From a virus (lineage: Duplodnaviria > Caudoviricetes): 24,261 nucleotides of DNA. The stretch spans positions 1-24,261 of IMG/VR virus record IMGVR_UViG_3300025782_000073. One strand, given 5' to 3'. Positions 23,045 through 24,261 of this stretch are shown piece by piece. The notes under the pieces are model-generated. The model saw nothing but the letters and a program-made list of their open reading frames with translations, was not told the origin of the DNA and ran no database searches. Within the stretch, counting starts at the first letter, position 1; every line of letters starts with the position of its first letter. The position numbers and the translations under genes are program-made.

Positions 23045-23761
23045 ATGGCACGTAGTACATTTGAAGGCCCAATCCTTTCGGGCGACAACCGTTTTGGCGC
23101 TTTGCGCGACGTCGGTTACACAGTCTTGGAACAAGACTGCTACATTGATCTTTCCAACAGCACTGCTGGCACTGCTGGTTACTCTGGTGGCTCTGGTCAA
23201 TTTGCTTGGGGCAACAACATCCCCAACCTGCCCGGTACAGTTTATACCCCCTCTAGCGTTTACAGCGCTAACGGCCCTACCGTGCAAACCATCCCCGCCG
23301 ATACCACCACTCAGGTGTATCGCGGCGTTGTGATGTATATTCCCAATGGCAGCGAAATCATTGACGTGACTGTGGACTACATCTCTGCCATCACTGGTGA
23401 GTCTGGTGCTACGTTGAGCAACGTGAGTGTGTTTGTTTCCAACAACTACACTGCCGCTGCCGGTACTCCCGCTTATGCTACTGCCGCTCTGGGCACTACG
23501 ACTGTTGGCACTGCTGGCCGTCAAAGCATCACCTATACCGGCACGAATTTGGCTAACTTGTTGGCTACCACTGCTGATATTCAGAACCCCACCTTGGGCG
23601 CTAACCCTTCGTTCTTGTCGCAAGTTGTGTTTACTCTGAGCATTACAGGCACTAGCGTTGCGGCTCCCACTGGCGGCAAACTGAACTTCATCTTGCGTTA
23701 CTCACAGCCCGACAACAACATCGGTACGCTGACTCAGTACCCCTACGGTAACCTTGACTGA
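23045..23761 (+). CDS. Putative virion structural protein
   Basis: AAGGA SD; MARSTFEGPILSG N-terminus; T/S/G-rich. Confidence 0.75.
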   Translation: MARSTFEGPILSGDNRFGALRDVGYTVLEQDCYIDLSNSTAGTAGYSGGSGQFAWGNNIPNLPGTVYTPSSVYSANGPTVQTIPADTTTQVYRGVVMYIPNGSEIIDVTVDYISAITGESGATLSNVSVFVSNNYTAAAGTPAYATAALGTTTVGTAGRQSITYTGTNLANLLATTADIQNPTLGANPSFLSQVVFTLSITGTSVAAPTGGKLNFILRYSQPDNNIGTLTQYPYGNLD

Positions 23762-23767
23762 TTGAAC

Positions 23768-23789
23768 GGGGGCTTCGGCCCCCTCTTTT
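23768..23789 (+). terminator. Hairpin / weak terminator
   Basis: GGGGGC-TTCG-GCCCCC followed by TCTTTT. Confidence 0.6.
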
Positions 23790-23803
23790 AAGGAGCTTCA
23801 ATC

Positions 23804-24091
23804 ATGACAGTTCAGTATGACGTAAAGTCGGCCACGGGCACGACTTTTCCTGTTCAGTTGTTTACGGGTAGAACCCGGCTAAAATCCCTCGTCTTCTTGG
23901 GCAACGGCACAGCTGGCACTTTTACCATCTATGACGGCACGGACACTACCGGCGCAGTTGTGTACACATTCAAGTATTCGACTGCGGTGCAGCCATTCCA
24001 AGTATTGCTTCCCGGCGAAGGCATCCTTTGCCAGAACGGTATTTACGTGGTTGGCACGACGCTTACTTCTTTGGCTGTGACGTATGGCTAA
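23804..24091 (+). CDS. Putative small structural protein
   Basis: AAGGAG SD; 95-aa beta-rich ORF (GRTRLK...LPGEGILCQNGIYV). Confidence 0.75.
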   Translation: MTVQYDVKSATGTTFPVQLFTGRTRLKSLVFLGNGTAGTFTIYDGTDTTGAVVYTFKYSTAVQPFQVLLPGEGILCQNGIYVVGTTLTSLAVTYG

Positions 24092-24261
24092 GACACCAGC
24101 ATGGCAGCGCAAGGAAGGCAAGTCGGAAAAAGGCGGCTTGAACGCCAAGGGGCGAGCCTCCGCCAAAAAGCAAGGGATGAATCTGAAGCCCCCGCAACCC
24201 GAGGGCGGAAAAAGGCGCGACAGCTTTTGTGCCCGAATGGAAGGCATGAAGAAGAAGCTGA
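24084..24261 (+). CDS. Basic phage protein, N-terminal part (runs off the window)
   Basis: ATG overlaps the upstream gene end; MAKTPAWQRKEGKSEKGGLNAKGRAS...RRDSFCARMEGMKKKL is open to the edge. Confidence 0.7.
   Translation, partial: MAKTPAWQRKEGKSEKGGLNAKGRASAKKQGMNLKPPQPEGGKRRDSFCARMEGMKKKL

Noticed and set aside
1-24261. Stop-codon reassignment
   Set aside because: Long conserved genes are intact under the standard code, and TAA, TGA and TAG all end plausible genes.

Overview
A 24-kb piece of a tailed dsDNA phage genome, probably podovirus-like given the portal with a long Q-rich coiled-coil tail; the host cannot be determined from sequence. Layout from left to right: small leftward genes and a PD-(D/E)XK exonuclease (1-1769); a VRR-NUC nuclease; a ~1.17-kb ORF-free region packed with RNA structures (candidate sRNA, aberrant tRNA-like element, loop-E hairpins, attenuator, ~400-nt structured leader); an HNH gene; small rightward genes; a ParB-like protein, an intein-containing SF2 helicase and a TOPRIM primase; a leftward cluster of ~15 tiny early-type genes; then TerS, a LexA-like wHTH protein, TerL, portal, GroES-like protein, scaffold, major capsid and further structural genes. 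Most notable observations: (1) the helicase intein has no recognisable in-frame endonuclease but fully contains a 256-aa HNH-type ORF with its own Shine-Dalgarno in the +1 frame, both frames open; (2) a 14-bp quasi-palindrome (TGGAATTATTACCA / TGGAAACGTTACCA family) occurs at least 12 times, including pairs inside the ParB-like gene and upstream of the LexA-like gene; (3) a ~60-nt candidate sRNA is complementary to the start regions of both the exonuclease and the helicase; (4) a tRNA-like RNA has Pro-type acceptor identity, an off-register anticodon loop and a 76-nt variable region. All calls come from reading the sequence by eye; no searches or folding programs were run.
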